This document shows, piece by piece, positions 22,106 to 34,195 of a stretch of DNA of 64,000 nt (positions are counted from its first letter, which is position 1; every line of letters starts with the position of its first letter). The position numbers and the translations under genes were made by a program. The notes below the pieces were generated by a model. It worked only from the letters and a program-made list of their open reading frames with translations. It ran no database searches and had not been told where the DNA came from. This stretch comes from a virus: positions 17,705-81,704 of IMG/VR virus record IMGVR_UViG_3300042564_005549; one strand, 5' to 3'.

Positions 22106-23043
22106 TGGATAAAATACAACATACAATATTAAAAACCACAACAGGTCAAACATTTAACCTACCAGTATTCTTAGAACAGAGTATTAAGGATTTAGGTATT
22201 ATGGTGGGATTTGATGGTGATATTGGACAAACCCAACAAATCTGCAACTTCACATATAAAGGTAACGGTAGTTCGGTTACAGTATATAATACGGTTAACA
22301 CCACGAGATATGGTGCATTAATCGATGCAATTTTTACTATTAATTGGGGTGACGGAGCAACAAGTACACTTACAATGCCGGTTATGAATATCGATAATGT
22401 AAGTTTACCATCCGCATCACACACATACTCAACTAACGGAACATATGTGATTGAAGTTACGGTGAATTCACCTTGGGATGTTAGAAAAGTTAAAAAAACT
22501 ATTGAAATACCGTTCGTCCAATCTTTTGGTTATCCAACGGATTTAGGTGAATTAACATTTGATGTTCCATATTCCGACCCTGTTACTGCTCACACACAAA
22601 CATACTTACAAGATTATAGAACATTGACGGGAGCAACTAACAGTACTACCGTTACTTTTTTAGGTATTGGAAAGAGTAGAGTTGATGAGAAAAAATTATA
22701 CGGGACCAATGCGGGTTATACGGGGGTGACAGTCACCTCAGAATATACAGGTTACACCATCGATGGGTTAGCCTACAGGGACTATGAAGATGGGTACACC
22801 CACATTTCAGGTGTCACTTCAGGAACGACTGAAACATTTTTTCAGGATGAAATATACAATGGGATGATTACAAGAAATGAACATTTTTTAGGATTTGTGG
22901 ACGACCCACAAATTTTTTCAGATGTTTTTGTAGAAAGAGGACAGATGAGTGTTATGGAAAAAAACTTTAGATTAACCGAAATTGACAACACAGGAGAAAT
23001 TGATGTGTATGGAAATGGATATTTTAAAGTACGAAAACAATAA
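22105..23043 (+). CDS. Virion protein with PKD domain
   Basis: INWGDG...SHTY...GTY.I.V.V PKD signature. Confidence 0.7.
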   Translation: MDKIQHTILKTTTGQTFNLPVFLEQSIKDLGIMVGFDGDIGQTQQICNFTYKGNGSSVTVYNTVNTTRYGALIDAIFTINWGDGATSTLTMPVMNIDNVSLPSASHTYSTNGTYVIEVTVNSPWDVRKVKKTIEIPFVQSFGYPTDLGELTFDVPYSDPVTAHTQTYLQDYRTLTGATNSTTVTFLGIGKSRVDEKKLYGTNAGYTGVTVTSEYTGYTIDGLAYRDYEDGYTHISGVTSGTTETFFQDEIYNGMITRNEHFLGFVDDPQIFSDVFVERGQMSVMEKNFRLTEIDNTGEIDVYGNGYFKVRKQ

Positions 23044-23072
23044 AAATTATATTTATAGATAAATAAAAAAAG

Positions 23073-23981
23073 ATGGCAGTAGGAAGTTACGGAACTATAA
23101 GACCGGCAGACGTTTCACCAGCAGATGTTGATATATATTATCACTTTGTTTCAGGTAGAACTGCAAGTACTGAAGTTCAATTTGAAAAACTCGATAATTC
23201 CCAAGATGTATTGACACCGGTTTACCATAATGACACAACAGGAGGTAATTCAGGTACGGAAATATTGGGCGGGATGTATAATTTAAAATTAGAATCTTCG
23301 AGATTTTCGGATTTAGGTATATATACACTTTATCTAAGACCCAAACAAATTAGAACAATCGTCACTGATTGTGGTGTATTATCTTCTTTGCCGTCAGTAA
23401 GAGGTTTGATTATTGATATTTCACAAATTGATAGTTCGGATGCTAACAAATTCACACCACAAGGATTAGTTGGTTACAGAATTGAGTATTTGGATGATTC
23501 AGGGGCTAAAATTCCTAATTTCTTTAGGGTAGTGACTTCTTCATTCTATTGTGAACCAGTTTTATCTAATTTAACGAATTCATCACAGAAAGCGATTAGA
23601 TACAGATATTCAGATATAACAACAAACTTAATGTTTTTGACATTAACACCTAGCTCTTCGCCGTCTAGTAGACCTAATACCATACCGTTTATTGGTCAAC
23701 CAAACCAAAATATCATTTTGACAAACACTCATTTCAATCCGGTTATGTTGGAAATTGAAATGGTTGAACACGATGCTACCACATTGGCACACGCACTTTA
23801 TGGTAATCAAAGTAAGTCAGTTAATGATGGTATTTACACAATTTATGACCAAAATAATCAAATCTATAAGCAGTTTAACTTATACGAAATTAAAGACGAT
23901 ATTAACGAAACACTATACGAGATTAGAGAAAAGAATGATAATATCGACGAAACATTAAACTTTGATGTTATAACTCAATAA
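23073..23981 (+). CDS. Putative virion structural protein
   Basis: 302 aa; TATTTAT motif upstream; coupled to the next gene. Confidence 0.65.
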   Translation: MAVGSYGTIRPADVSPADVDIYYHFVSGRTASTEVQFEKLDNSQDVLTPVYHNDTTGGNSGTEILGGMYNLKLESSRFSDLGIYTLYLRPKQIRTIVTDCGVLSSLPSVRGLIIDISQIDSSDANKFTPQGLVGYRIEYLDDSGAKIPNFFRVVTSSFYCEPVLSNLTNSSQKAIRYRYSDITTNLMFLTLTPSSSPSSRPNTIPFIGQPNQNIILTNTHFNPVMLEIEMVEHDATTLAHALYGNQSKSVNDGIYTIYDQNNQIYKQFNLYEIKDDINETLYEIREKNDNIDETLNFDVITQ

Positions 23982-26900
23982 TGGCTAAAATAACAAGAAA
24001 GGTCCCATATCAGGCGGCTAGTGGTGGTGAAACGTTCAATGACAAACTCATCGGTTTACAAATAACCGATGGTAGTTCTCAATTGGCCAATACTCAATTT
24101 CTTATCGACAGAGTAATTCCTGAAAAAGACAGTAAGACTTTTCATACCCAACCATTTTCTGATTTCTTAACATTAGATACATTACAGGAAGAGAAGAATT
24201 CAATTTATGATGATAACTCAATGGGTAGTACTCTACCTGAGAGAAGTAAGAAAATTAAATTCCACGATTCTAAAAACGATGCAACAAAATCGTTATTCGG
24301 TTCGTTATCGACAAGATTAAATGGTGCAGTTGCGAATATCATTGAAAGTTTTCCTGCTGCGTTATTAGTCGATGTTGATTCACCTTCATCATCAACAAGT
24401 GTCAGTGCGGTATTAACAGGTGTAACTTACGGTTATGACCAATTATCGAATACCACAAGATTTAAATTTAAAAAGTCATTAATTTATAATCCGTTTGATA
24501 TAGTAATTCAAAAACCGGAAGGAATTGAAATATTACAATCAACTAACACATATAGAGATTTTTATTCATCATATACCAAATATGTAATAGATAACCTTAT
24601 CGGTTCAACATTTGAAATTGTTTCCTATGATGAACCTGACAATGACGGTTACGCATCGATTAAAGTTAATGGTCGTTGCTTTCCGGGTTACAATGAATAC
24701 ACCGACAATTATTTAATCAGACCAAATAATGCAGTTACTGAAGAATTCTTCAATAGTTTAGATGAATTAGAAACTGTTTTATTAGATAGAGAATCTACAC
24801 CAAAGTACACTGCGGCGTTTAAAGTTCCAACTGATTTATATGATGGAGCGGTTAGTGAATTGCAAAATGAATATGCAACTTGGCCAATTAGTAGAGATGG
24901 ATGGAACTTACAGATTGTTGGTCTTGATTATGAATCATACGTATCGACATTAAGTAACATTGGTAATATTGTGGATGATTATAAATCTAATTTAATTATT
25001 AGATTCTTAACGTCACCACAACTTTACGAATTCGATACCGAAGAGAAAAAGGCGGAAGCCATTTTCCAATTATACGGACAAAGTTTTGATAAGATAAAGA
25101 AATTTATCGACAACATTGCGTTTATGAGGAATGTTAGTTATGACAAAGCTAACAACGTACCTGACGTATTATTAAAAAACTTAGCCGAAACTTTAGGATT
25201 ATCAACAGTTAACTTGTATGATGAAAAATCATTACAAGAAATATTATATACAAGACATAGCCCACAATACGAAGGTGTTGGAATGGGTGTTAACTTATTA
25301 GAAGGTGAATATGAATTCTACAGAAGATTAATCGTCAATCTTGCACATTTATACAAATCAAAAGGTACAAGATTAGCCATTGAATTCTTTTTGAAATTCA
25401 TAGGTGCACCAGAGCCGATGATTAGATTGGATGAATATATCTATCGTGTTGATAGTTTATTACCAAAATCAACGTATGAAAATGACATCAGAGAAGTTAT
25501 CAGTGGAGTTAAAGAATTCAATCACGTTGAATTTGTTCCATTTGCAACAACAATTGACGGAGTCGATTACAATGCCTTTACTTACAGATTAGTAACCACA
25601 TCAGGCTCAACAGTATTATCAAGAACTGAATACCCTGTAACAACAGATGGTTTACCAAGAGCATTGAAAAGCTCTGATGGTTCATTGTACTTTGCAATGG
25701 GTGCGGGTTGGTATAGAAAAACATTAGACCATAGGTCTGGTGACATTTTAGATAGAGAAAATTCTATATTAACAGGTAACACAAAAGTACTTAAGACAAA
25801 ATCAAAACCATTCACATATGGTGAAGATTACTTCAACAATTATAGACAATTACCAGGTTTAGATTACGGTTACGATTTAAACATCGAAATCGATAATAAA
25901 AAAACTGAGGTGTTGGATGATGATGGTAACTTCACATATAAATTAAACAGAAAAAATATTAATGTTTTCTTAGATGGTTCACGAGCAATTGATTATGACA
26001 TCTATAGAAAGAGTAGAAACTTAACATTAGACTTTGGTACATTACCTCCACAGGAAAAACCATCATTTGCCGAGTTTTTAAAAGAGGCGGTTAGTCAAGT
26101 TATTAGAAACTCAAATACTATAAAGTATAAAAAAGAGTATCGTTTATTAAAACAAGTGTATGAAGCTTATGTTAATAGTGTTTCATTCACCCCATACAAC
26201 TATATTAAAATAAATGAATTCATTCAAAGAATGAGTCCATATTGGGTTAATGTGATTGACCAATTTGTTCCTGCAACCACACAATGGTTAGGAGGTAACT
26301 TAATTGAGAACGGTACATTTGGAAGGTCTAAGTTTCAATACAAACAACCTTGTACACCAAAAGAATTTGTTGAGGTATTATATCCTGATTTTGAAACTGT
26401 AATTGAAGAAGATTTAGAAACAATTATAGGTGGAGGAACAACGACATATGAGAACGCAACTAACGAAGATAGTTTAAGAGGTTTATTCTCATTAAGTGGA
26501 TTAACCTATACAATTTACTTAAACATCAATGGAAACATCTATTCAGGAACAAGTTCTAATTTACGTTCAGAACTTTTTACAGGATACACCCCAACAGTTA
26601 ATTGTACATCATTAACAAATACTACGAGTTCAATTCCATTAATTTGTGAATATAAAAATTGGATTAATTTAAACTTACCGTTAATTAAAAATGAATGGAA
26701 AGAAACATTAACCGATTTAGTACAGACAATCAATACACAAATAACCCAAGACAATTATGGTTGTATTGATGATTATGCACCATACACTGCAAAGACTCAA
26801 ACATCTAACTGTTCACAAGTTTATAAAAAGACACTTTCATTAGAGTACTTTTTAGATATTGACGGAGTTGAAAAAGTAAGATTCACGTTAGATACTACAG

Positions 26901-29806
26901 ATTGTAGAAATGGTGAAAGTATTGATTTTTATTTTGAACCGAATTATGGTTTAGATAAAGATGAATGTAATTTAAGAGTTGAGTTATCAGGACCAGCAAT
27001 ACCGTACCAAGGTTCAACAACTAATTGTCAATTAGTTGAAGATGTTTACATAACGGTTACGGGTACAACGACCGGTGTTGAAAATAATGGAATTTGGGAT
27101 TTAAACATTTATATAACCAGTGGTACAACTTGTAACACCGGAGTATGTACTGATTGTGATTTCATAGAAATCAATGACCCAAAACCAATTAAGAGAGCGA
27201 TATATGCGGATGATTTAGAATTAGTTACTTGTACGTATATTATCCCTAATGTTAAAGAAACAGATGTTTACGATATCATTATTTCCGATGCTGCAAACTG
27301 TGAACAAAAATTCAGAATTGAGGGATTACAACAAAAGGTAGTCCAAATTTCTGATGAAGTAAGTGGATACACTATAAATCCTAAAGTACAATATAAAACT
27401 TCTTTTGATTATGGTATAAAGAAAGGAACTGAAATTTACAAATATGTTTCAGGTTCGGTTCCAACAACTTGGCAAGGTCTACAAAGTAGTCTTGTGTCTG
27501 GAAATGTTATTGAAGCATTTATTGAAGATATAGAAATAGGGGATAGAATTTTAAGTATAAGTCAAAAAGATTGTAATCTACAACCAACTGAAATGTTTAA
27601 GTTTGTTGAGGACAATGGATATCAATTTACTTTTGATTACTCGTTAGTTACAGTTGGAAGAAAAGAATGTTTAAGTTCTATTAAGAAAGATGTTATTAAC
27701 GGTGAGTTTGAAGTGTTACCAACAAGTAAAATATTGGTTTACACTAATATTAATGAATACTTAGAAACGGTTCCATATCATTTTACATACAAATATCCTG
27801 AAGATTTATTTGTAAGACCCGAACAACCTGAAATGCCTTGTTGTGAATATCCTGAAGGATATTTCCAGAGTGGTGACTTTATGATAAATCAATTTGGTTT
27901 TCCTATTGAGGTAACAAGTGTTGATTTAAACTATTGTAATAGAGGAATTTACTACACGTTAGTAACATCTGGAACTTCAATTAATTCAGATACTATTTTA
28001 TTTAATGGACCTTCAAGTGGAGTTAATCGAATTATCATATCAACTAAAAATGATTCGGCCTATATTAGTCCGTTTACAGGAAATAAGTTTGAGTGTTTAG
28101 ATATTGACACCCAACAATATTATTTAGGTTATGAATGTGATACGGTTCCAAGTGTTGCAAGTCTAACAAGATTAACAGGATGTACTGATGGTGACTGTAC
28201 TCAAGTACAGGCAGGTCCAAATGCTCAAAGGTCATTTATTGCCGAGGATACAACTCCAACACCAACCCCTACGCCGAGTCCAACACCAACACCTACCCCA
28301 ACACCGACAGGAACTCCAACCCCTACACCAACTAGTACACCGACACCAACAAGTACACCTACGCCAACTGCGACTGGTACACCTACACCTACACCAACTG
28401 AAACACCGGTACCACCAACGGCAACACCTACACCTACACCGACCCCAACACCGACAGGTACACCAACGGCAACACCAACAGTAACCCCAACACCGGTTTG
28501 TGAATTCAACATATCTGTGGATGTTGTTATACCAACTGCAACACCAACACCAACGCCAACATCGACACCAACACCTACACCTACACCGGTTTGTGAATTC
28601 AATATTGGTGTAGATATCATTGCGTCTACCCCAACACCAACGCCAACATCGACACCAACACCTACACCTACACCGGTTTGTGAATTCAATATTGGTGTAG
28701 ATATCATCGCATCAACTCCTACACCTACCCCGACACCAACACCTACGTCAACACCAACTGCAACTCCTACACCTACACCGGTTTGTGAATTCAATATTGG
28801 AGTGGATATAATTGCATCAACTCCAACACCAACACCTACACCGAGCCCAACGCCTACAGGTACCCCAACTAATACACCTACAGCGACTCCAACCCCAACA
28901 CCAATTTGTGAGTTTGGTATTACTGTAGATATTATTGCGTCAACACCAACTCCGACTCCGACTCCAACACCTACAAATACTCCGAGTCCGACACCTACAA
29001 ACACACCAACTAATACTCCAACTGCGACACCTACACCGACTCCAATTTGTGAGTTTAATATTGATGTTGTGGTTGTACCTTCTACACCAACACCAACACC
29101 TACGTCAACACCAACATCAACTCCTACAAGTACCCCAACAAGTACTCCGACTAACACACCTACACCTACACCAACGGCAACTAACACACCTACACCTACA
29201 CCGACAGCAACTCCAATTTGTGAGTTTAATATTGATGTAGTGGTAATCGCGTCAACTGCAACACCAACACCTACCCCAACACCTACCCCAACCGCAACAC
29301 CGACTAACACACCAAGTCCAACACCTACTAACACTCCAACCGCAACACCGACTAACACACCAAGTCCAACACCTACAAGTACACCAATACCTTGTGAGGC
29401 AACAATTACAAATACAAGTAACCCAACAAGTTGTGGTAACAATGCTGATGGTTCATTAACATTGAATGGTTCGGGTGGTGTCGGTCCATATTCGTACTAC
29501 TTATATGAAGATACTTCATTCCCTTATGAGACATCAGGTGGTACTGTATATCCAGGATTCCCAGTTCATAATCAAACAGGAGGTTACAATGTAACAGATT
29601 TAGTACCGGGTGGTTATTACTTAAGAATTGTAGATGCGAATGAATGTGAAGACTTTAGTGAAGTTGTGGTATTACCATATGACGACACTACTTGTGTAAC
29701 ACCACCATCATCATATTTCTGTAAGGAAGATAATTTTAGCCCTTGTCTTGAACAACTAAACCCTTGCGGACCTAGTCAAATAGTATGTACAGAATTTGAA
29801 GTATAA
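23981..29806 (+). CDS. Giant baseplate wedge (gp7/P2 gpI-like) protein with degenerate Hint-like domain, Pro-Thr repeats and C-terminal SprB repeat
   Basis: LYKSKGT..AIEF.L and IDQFVPA wedge-type motifs; Hint-like segment ~27413-28050; PT tract; SprB-like SC....DGS.....SGG..PY.Y...L..G.Y...I.DAN.C. Confidence 0.65.
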   Translation: MAKITRKVPYQAASGGETFNDKLIGLQITDGSSQLANTQFLIDRVIPEKDSKTFHTQPFSDFLTLDTLQEEKNSIYDDNSMGSTLPERSKKIKFHDSKNDATKSLFGSLSTRLNGAVANIIESFPAALLVDVDSPSSSTSVSAVLTGVTYGYDQLSNTTRFKFKKSLIYNPFDIVIQKPEGIEILQSTNTYRDFYSSYTKYVIDNLIGSTFEIVSYDEPDNDGYASIKVNGRCFPGYNEYTDNYLIRPNNAVTEEFFNSLDELETVLLDRESTPKYTAAFKVPTDLYDGAVSELQNEYATWPISRDGWNLQIVGLDYESYVSTLSNIGNIVDDYKSNLIIRFLTSPQLYEFDTEEKKAEAIFQLYGQSFDKIKKFIDNIAFMRNVSYDKANNVPDVLLKNLAETLGLSTVNLYDEKSLQEILYTRHSPQYEGVGMGVNLLEGEYEFYRRLIVNLAHLYKSKGTRLAIEFFLKFIGAPEPMIRLDEYIYRVDSLLPKSTYENDIREVISGVKEFNHVEFVPFATTIDGVDYNAFTYRLVTTSGSTVLSRTEYPVTTDGLPRALKSSDGSLYFAMGAGWYRKTLDHRSGDILDRENSILTGNTKVLKTKSKPFTYGEDYFNNYRQLPGLDYGYDLNIEIDNKKTEVLDDDGNFTYKLNRKNINVFLDGSRAIDYDIYRKSRNLTLDFGTLPPQEKPSFAEFLKEAVSQVIRNSNTIKYKKEYRLLKQVYEAYVNSVSFTPYNYIKINEFIQRMSPYWVNVIDQFVPATTQWLGGNLIENGTFGRSKFQYKQPCTPKEFVEVLYPDFETVIEEDLETIIGGGTTTYENATNEDSLRGLFSLSGLTYTIYLNINGNIYSGTSSNLRSELFTGYTPTVNCTSLTNTTSSIPLICEYKNWINLNLPLIKNEWKETLTDLVQTINTQITQDNYGCIDDYAPYTAKTQTSNCSQVYKKTLSLEYFLDIDGVEKVRFTLDTTDCRNGESIDFYFEPNYGLDKDECNLRVELSGPAIPYQGSTTNCQLVEDVYITVTGTTTGVENNGIWDLNIYITSGTTCNTGVCTDCDFIEINDPKPIKRAIYADDLELVTCTYIIPNVKETDVYDIIISDAANCEQKFRIEGLQQKVVQISDEVSGYTINPKVQYKTSFDYGIKKGTEIYKYVSGSVPTTWQGLQSSLVSGNVIEAFIEDIEIGDRILSISQKDCNLQPTEMFKFVEDNGYQFTFDYSLVTVGRKECLSSIKKDVINGEFEVLPTSKILVYTNINEYLETVPYHFTYKYPEDLFVRPEQPEMPCCEYPEGYFQSGDFMINQFGFPIEVTSVDLNYCNRGIYYTLVTSGTSINSDTILFNGPSSGVNRIIISTKNDSAYISPFTGNKFECLDIDTQQYYLGYECDTVPSVASLTRLTGCTDGDCTQVQAGPNAQRSFIAEDTTPTPTPTPSPTPTPTPTPTGTPTPTPTSTPTPTSTPTPTATGTPTPTPTETPVPPTATPTPTPTPTPTGTPTATPTVTPTPVCEFNISVDVVIPTATPTPTPTSTPTPTPTPVCEFNIGVDIIASTPTPTPTSTPTPTPTPVCEFNIGVDIIASTPTPTPTPTPTSTPTATPTPTPVCEFNIGVDIIASTPTPTPTPSPTPTGTPTNTPTATPTPTPICEFGITVDIIASTPTPTPTPTPTNTPSPTPTNTPTNTPTATPTPTPICEFNIDVVVVPSTPTPTPTSTPTSTPTSTPTSTPTNTPTPTPTATNTPTPTPTATPICEFNIDVVVIASTATPTPTPTPTPTATPTNTPSPTPTNTPTATPTNTPSPTPTSTPIPCEATITNTSNPTSCGNNADGSLTLNGSGGVGPYSYYLYEDTSFPYETSGGTVYPGFPVHNQTGGYNVTDLVPGGYYLRIVDANECEDFSEVVVLPYDDTTCVTPPSSYFCKEDNFSPCLEQLNPCGPSQIVCTEFEV
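28250..29390 (+). repeat. Pro-Thr low-complexity coding repeat with seven interspersed P[VI]CEF.I.V... spacers
   Basis: Seen in the translation; includes an exact 77-nt duplication (28544-28620 = 28631-28707). Confidence 0.9.
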
Positions 29807-29867
29807 TAAGGCTTGAAAATAATAATAAAAAATAAGATATTTATATAAAACAAAACAAACACTAAAA

Positions 29868-30371
29868 ATGGAAACAAATCAAAAAGGATGTTTAGTCCAA
29901 GGAACATTAATCTCAATGGCTGACGGAACTTCAAAAGTTATTGAAGACGTTGTTGTTGGAGATTTAGTTAAATCAGTAGTTTTAAATCAAGAGGAAGGTA
30001 TTTTTGAAGAAACTGTAGGTACCGTTGTAGAATTACAACAAGAAGAAACAGAATTAGTATACTCATTAAATGAAGGTTTACTAATTGCATCTGAAGACCA
30101 CAAACATATTGTTAGACAAAAAACACCTGAAGGTGATGCATATACTGAAAGATGGATTGTATGTAGTACAACTTTTGTTGTTGAAGACGATAAAATGATG
30201 GGTGCTGATGGTATTGAAATCACAATAACATCAAAAGAAGAAGTAACAGGAACTAAAACAGTTCATAACTTAGTAATAGAAAACCATAACACATTTATTG
30301 CAAATGGTGTTATTACTTATAACGAAATATTACCTGAAGTAACGGAAGAAGAAACTCCGGCTGGAGAGTAA
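29868..30371 (+). CDS. Stand-alone Hint (intein/BIL-like) domain protein
   Basis: G|CLVQGTLISMADGTSKVIEDVVVGDLV (block A), SEDH (block B) and VHNL...NTFIANGVITYN|E (blocks F/G). Confidence 0.85.
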   Translation: METNQKGCLVQGTLISMADGTSKVIEDVVVGDLVKSVVLNQEEGIFEETVGTVVELQQEETELVYSLNEGLLIASEDHKHIVRQKTPEGDAYTERWIVCSTTFVVEDDKMMGADGIEITITSKEEVTGTKTVHNLVIENHNTFIANGVITYNEILPEVTEEETPAGE

Positions 30372-30389
30372 TTTAAACAAAATTAAAAT

Positions 30390-30968
30390 ATGTTAGCAAC
30401 ATTTTATTTAACAGGACCATTTTCAGCATCGACATTATCGACTGAATTTACCATTACAGGAGAACCAGGAGGTATAGTTCACCCTGGTGTGACAAAAGCA
30501 CAATTATTAACAGGACACACAATTGTTTTTGTCGATTCGGTAACCGGAGGAACAGTTACGGCAACCAATGAAACTTGTGAAGGAACACAAAAAAGTTGGG
30601 CAGTAATTCAATCTACTCCAACGCCAACTCCTACTCCAACAATTACATCAACACCATTACCTCCACTATATGGATTCTTCCGTAGTAATCCATCAGTAGA
30701 AGCTCTTGGACATTGTGAGCAAAATCAAATAACAAGTGCATTATTCTACAGTACATCAACAACAATTTCGGGTATGTTAGGTACAACGGTATATGACGGT
30801 AATCAAGACCCTTGGGTTGGTGGAGATTTCTATTATGCGGTTTCTTCAGACGATACATTTAACACTAACGACCAACCATATTCGGTTATTGAAGTTGATA
30901 ATTATGGTATGGTTACTGATGTTCAATATATCACGGATTGCGGCGGTGGCGGCGGTGCAATAGTATAA
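30390..30968 (+). CDS. Pro-Thr linker virion/adhesin-like protein
   Basis: PT linker, shared C-terminal domain and Gly-rich tail CGGGGGAIV. Confidence 0.7.
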   Translation: MLATFYLTGPFSASTLSTEFTITGEPGGIVHPGVTKAQLLTGHTIVFVDSVTGGTVTATNETCEGTQKSWAVIQSTPTPTPTPTITSTPLPPLYGFFRSNPSVEALGHCEQNQITSALFYSTSTTISGMLGTTVYDGNQDPWVGGDFYYAVSSDDTFNTNDQPYSVIEVDNYGMVTDVQYITDCGGGGGAIV

Positions 30969-30996
30969 AATAAAATATTTTTAAATAAATTAAATT

Positions 30997-31024
30997 AAAC
31001 CCCTTCACAAAAAGGGGTTTTTTT
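30997..31024 (+). terminator. Rho-independent terminator
   Basis: aaacccctt/aaggggttt stem followed by a T-run. Confidence 0.75.
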
Positions 31025-31068
31025 ATGGTTTATTTTTAATAAAAAAAAGGATATACTATTTATGTATT

Positions 31069-32472
31069 ATGGGATTAGTAATTAGACTGCACGATATTGT
31101 ATCACCGAACCAATTTAAGGTTTACTACAAGCAAGCAACATCACCATATCCAATGAATAGTGGGTATAGTTTGTATGGGACTTTTAGTGCCGGTACAACA
31201 ACTGTAAACGTTAGCGGAATTACAATTAATTTTAATTCAAATTATTGGTTTAAAATAGAAGACCAATCAACCGGTCGATATATTATTGAAAATATTGAGA
31301 CAAACGACCCGATTGCATATATGGACTGTTGTCCACAACCGGTATCGTTAGGCGCAGTTTGTTATCATAGTTGTTACCCACCAACAATTAATAGTATTAG
31401 TTGTGTTGGACTTGCGGACCCAACTCCAACTCCAACACCAACTCCTACAAGCACACCAACTCCAACACCAACTGCAACATTAGTTGCCCCGACAGCTACA
31501 CCAACTCCTACACCTACATCAACATTACCTGGACCAACAGCAACACCAACGCCTACACCAACAAGTACACCTACACCAACACCAACAATTACACCAACAC
31601 CATTACCTGGGTGTAGTTCTATTGTAACGGGTGAGTATAGTGGTTCAGATTTCTATAACTACCCTGATAATCAATTAAATTTTACAGGAGTCCCTAATGG
31701 TGCAACAATTAACTTTACTTGTACAGCAAATGATAGACCAAATAATATTTCAATTAGAACAGCGTTAACTGTACTTGAAAGTACAGGATGGTTTGGTAAT
31801 TCTTCAGGATATGATTCGGGAGATTATTGGTATCCAACCGAAGGAACTGGTCCTATAACATTATCAATCACGTATGATAATACTAAAACATATTATATAG
31901 ACGCATTAACAGCGCCGGCTTTAGCTGCACCTAACGAAGTGAACGATTATTGGGAAGTAAGTATACAGTGTTTAGGTGTACCTACACCAACACCAACAAT
32001 TACACCAACACCAACAAATACTGCAACACCTACACCAACACCTACACCAACGGACCTACCTATTTATACATTCTATAGAGCTGCTGAAGTAATTGATGAT
32101 AATATCTCAACAACTTATTGTAACAATTTCCCTGGCGGTCAAGGTTATAATATTAGTTCACCATTCTATACAACAGATTCAATGTTAATTCCGGGTTCAA
32201 CTGTAATCTATAGTGACCCTGCTTTAGTAAACGAGATTGTAGGTTCTTGGTCATTAAGTAATGTAACTAGAATGGCTTACATTACTCAGACTGAATATCA
32301 AAACGCCTCTGTTACTCCGACAACAACTAACCCTGAAGGTGATACGTTATATGATGGTGGCATATATAAATGGATGAGAGTAAATTCAGATGGAGTTGTA
32401 ATGTCTACAGGTACCGACAGTTGTACTGATGGTGGAGGTGGAGAAGGACCTGAAGGACCGAATGTAGAATAA
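31069..32472 (+). CDS. Multi-domain Pro-Thr linker virion/adhesin-like protein
   Basis: Beta-rich domains separated by two PT tracts; C-terminal domain paralogous to that of 34196-35380. Confidence 0.7.
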   Translation: MGLVIRLHDIVSPNQFKVYYKQATSPYPMNSGYSLYGTFSAGTTTVNVSGITINFNSNYWFKIEDQSTGRYIIENIETNDPIAYMDCCPQPVSLGAVCYHSCYPPTINSISCVGLADPTPTPTPTPTSTPTPTPTATLVAPTATPTPTPTSTLPGPTATPTPTPTSTPTPTPTITPTPLPGCSSIVTGEYSGSDFYNYPDNQLNFTGVPNGATINFTCTANDRPNNISIRTALTVLESTGWFGNSSGYDSGDYWYPTEGTGPITLSITYDNTKTYYIDALTAPALAAPNEVNDYWEVSIQCLGVPTPTPTITPTPTNTATPTPTPTPTDLPIYTFYRAAEVIDDNISTTYCNNFPGGQGYNISSPFYTTDSMLIPGSTVIYSDPALVNEIVGSWSLSNVTRMAYITQTEYQNASVTPTTTNPEGDTLYDGGIYKWMRVNSDGVVMSTGTDSCTDGGGGEGPEGPNVE

Positions 32473-32502
32473 AATTAAAATTAAAAAAGAATATAAATAA
32501 AA

Positions 32503-34170
32503 ATGGCGGCAGCAAGCATAACGGTTAATTACACAGCAGGTTGTACAGGATGTACTCAAGAATATAGATATGTTGTCAGTACTGGCGACATTAACACTGC
32601 AACTGTTATACCATATTCAGGTTCATCACCTTTAGTGATTACCGGTTTAACAACTGGTAATTCATATACCGTACAAATGAGAAATGTATGTGAATTAATC
32701 TCAAGTGATTGGACATCTACACAAACCGTTACTTGTAACGCAATCATCACGCCAACCGCAACACCAACACCAACTCCTACAAGTACACCTACACCAACCG
32801 CAACAGCTACACCAACTCCTACACCAACATTACCTGGACCAACCGCAACACCAACACCAACTCCTACACCAACATTGAATATAATTGACCCTGAAGACCC
32901 AACTGTTTATTATTATTATGCATTGGGAGATTGTAATGATATGAGATATTCATATACTGCAATTACTATTACAGGATTTAGTGCCCCTATACAAATACCA
33001 GGTTGTGCAACATTAACTGAAATTGGTACGTTATCATTACAAAATCCCGCAACAACATCAATTGTATTATCTGACCCATTAGACCCTTGCGGTTTTGGTG
33101 AAAGTTATTCAGGAGTCGCAATTGGTAGAAGTACATCATCATTAACTGAAGGTACGGTATATCTTGTTGGTGACCAATGTTTATCTATCATTGCGGTAGA
33201 AACTCAATATGTTGAAAGTTGGAGTGTTAACTTAGATGGTATATCACCAATTGCTGGTGATAATCCTTGCGGAGCTTGTGACCCACCATTTACAGGTTTC
33301 CAAATATCAGGATTTAGTGGTACAACTTGTGACACAGGTGAAAATATAATTGCTTATTCCTTAATTACTCCTGGAGTGTTAGGTAATGTATATGGAATAC
33401 AAATGTATAGTGGTGGTACTGCGGTAGGTTCTGCAAAATGTGCAACTTTAACTACAAATTTAGGTGTACAATTTGTTATAACTGACCCTGAAACTGAAGG
33501 TATTACAGGATATGGTATAAGTGATTTGGGTCCATTTGAATTAGGTCAACCGATGTTCCAAGGATATGAAGATTGTGCAACTTGTGAGGGTGTTGAACAA
33601 AAATATATGATTGTAGGTGAAAGATGTGATACCACGGGTAGTGTGACAATTTGGTCAGATACACCACCAACAGTCGTAAGTGGAGATACTATTTCGGTTA
33701 ATATTTTTGGTACAATAGCGTGTTTCCTTGTAACACAAGCAGACCAATTTACATCCGTTGTTTATAATGATATTGGAAATACAATAGTAGAAACAGGTTG
33801 TGATTGTAATGGAAATAGTGGAGGTGCAAATGTAAACGTTGCAAGTATTGTTGCAGCACCGATGGATAGTAGTAGTACATATAGTGAATGTCAAGGTTCA
33901 ATGGGGCAATATTACAATGAATATTACGAATATGATATAGAATTAATATTCAAAGATTCAAGTAATAATTCAGTTATACCTAATCAACCGGTTGAGTATC
34001 GTATTAATGGAGGTTCTTGGGTACCTACAACAGCAAATTCCACTACAATAGTGATATCGACTACATTAACATATTATGATAATACCGCTTGTGGTGGTGG
34101 ACCATATGCAGATACTTTAGATGTTAAAGTTGGCACAATAACAGTTCTTAATTACACTGCAGGAAGTTAA
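32503..34170 (+). CDS. FN3-like + Pro-Thr linker + Cys-rich protein
   Basis: N-terminal ITGLTTGNSYTVQMRNVC...SDW (fibronectin III-like), a PT tract and Cys-rich modules. Confidence 0.7.
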   Translation: MAAASITVNYTAGCTGCTQEYRYVVSTGDINTATVIPYSGSSPLVITGLTTGNSYTVQMRNVCELISSDWTSTQTVTCNAIITPTATPTPTPTSTPTPTATATPTPTPTLPGPTATPTPTPTPTLNIIDPEDPTVYYYYALGDCNDMRYSYTAITITGFSAPIQIPGCATLTEIGTLSLQNPATTSIVLSDPLDPCGFGESYSGVAIGRSTSSLTEGTVYLVGDQCLSIIAVETQYVESWSVNLDGISPIAGDNPCGACDPPFTGFQISGFSGTTCDTGENIIAYSLITPGVLGNVYGIQMYSGGTAVGSAKCATLTTNLGVQFVITDPETEGITGYGISDLGPFELGQPMFQGYEDCATCEGVEQKYMIVGERCDTTGSVTIWSDTPPTVVSGDTISVNIFGTIACFLVTQADQFTSVVYNDIGNTIVETGCDCNGNSGGANVNVASIVAAPMDSSSTYSECQGSMGQYYNEYYEYDIELIFKDSSNNSVIPNQPVEYRINGGSWVPTTANSTTIVISTTLTYYDNTACGGGPYADTLDVKVGTITVLNYTAGS

Positions 34171-34195
34171 AAATAAAAAAACGTATTTATAATAA

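Noticed and set aside
28544-28707. Direct repeats with spacers resembling a CRISPR array or a DGR template/variable pair
   Set aside because: They are in-frame coding repeats with low-complexity spacers. There are no adenine-specific mismatches and no cas or reverse transcriptase gene in the window.
28225-29442. 405-aa minus-strand Gly-Val repeat ORF and the His/Gln-rich alternative-frame ORFs (28188, 28935, 31401)
   Set aside because: These are shadows of the Pro-Thr codon repeats, which lack stops in other frames.
29868-30371. Canonical mobile intein
   Set aside because: It has no homing endonuclease, no real exteins, and Glu rather than Cys/Ser/Thr at +1. Kept as a BIL-like Hint protein.
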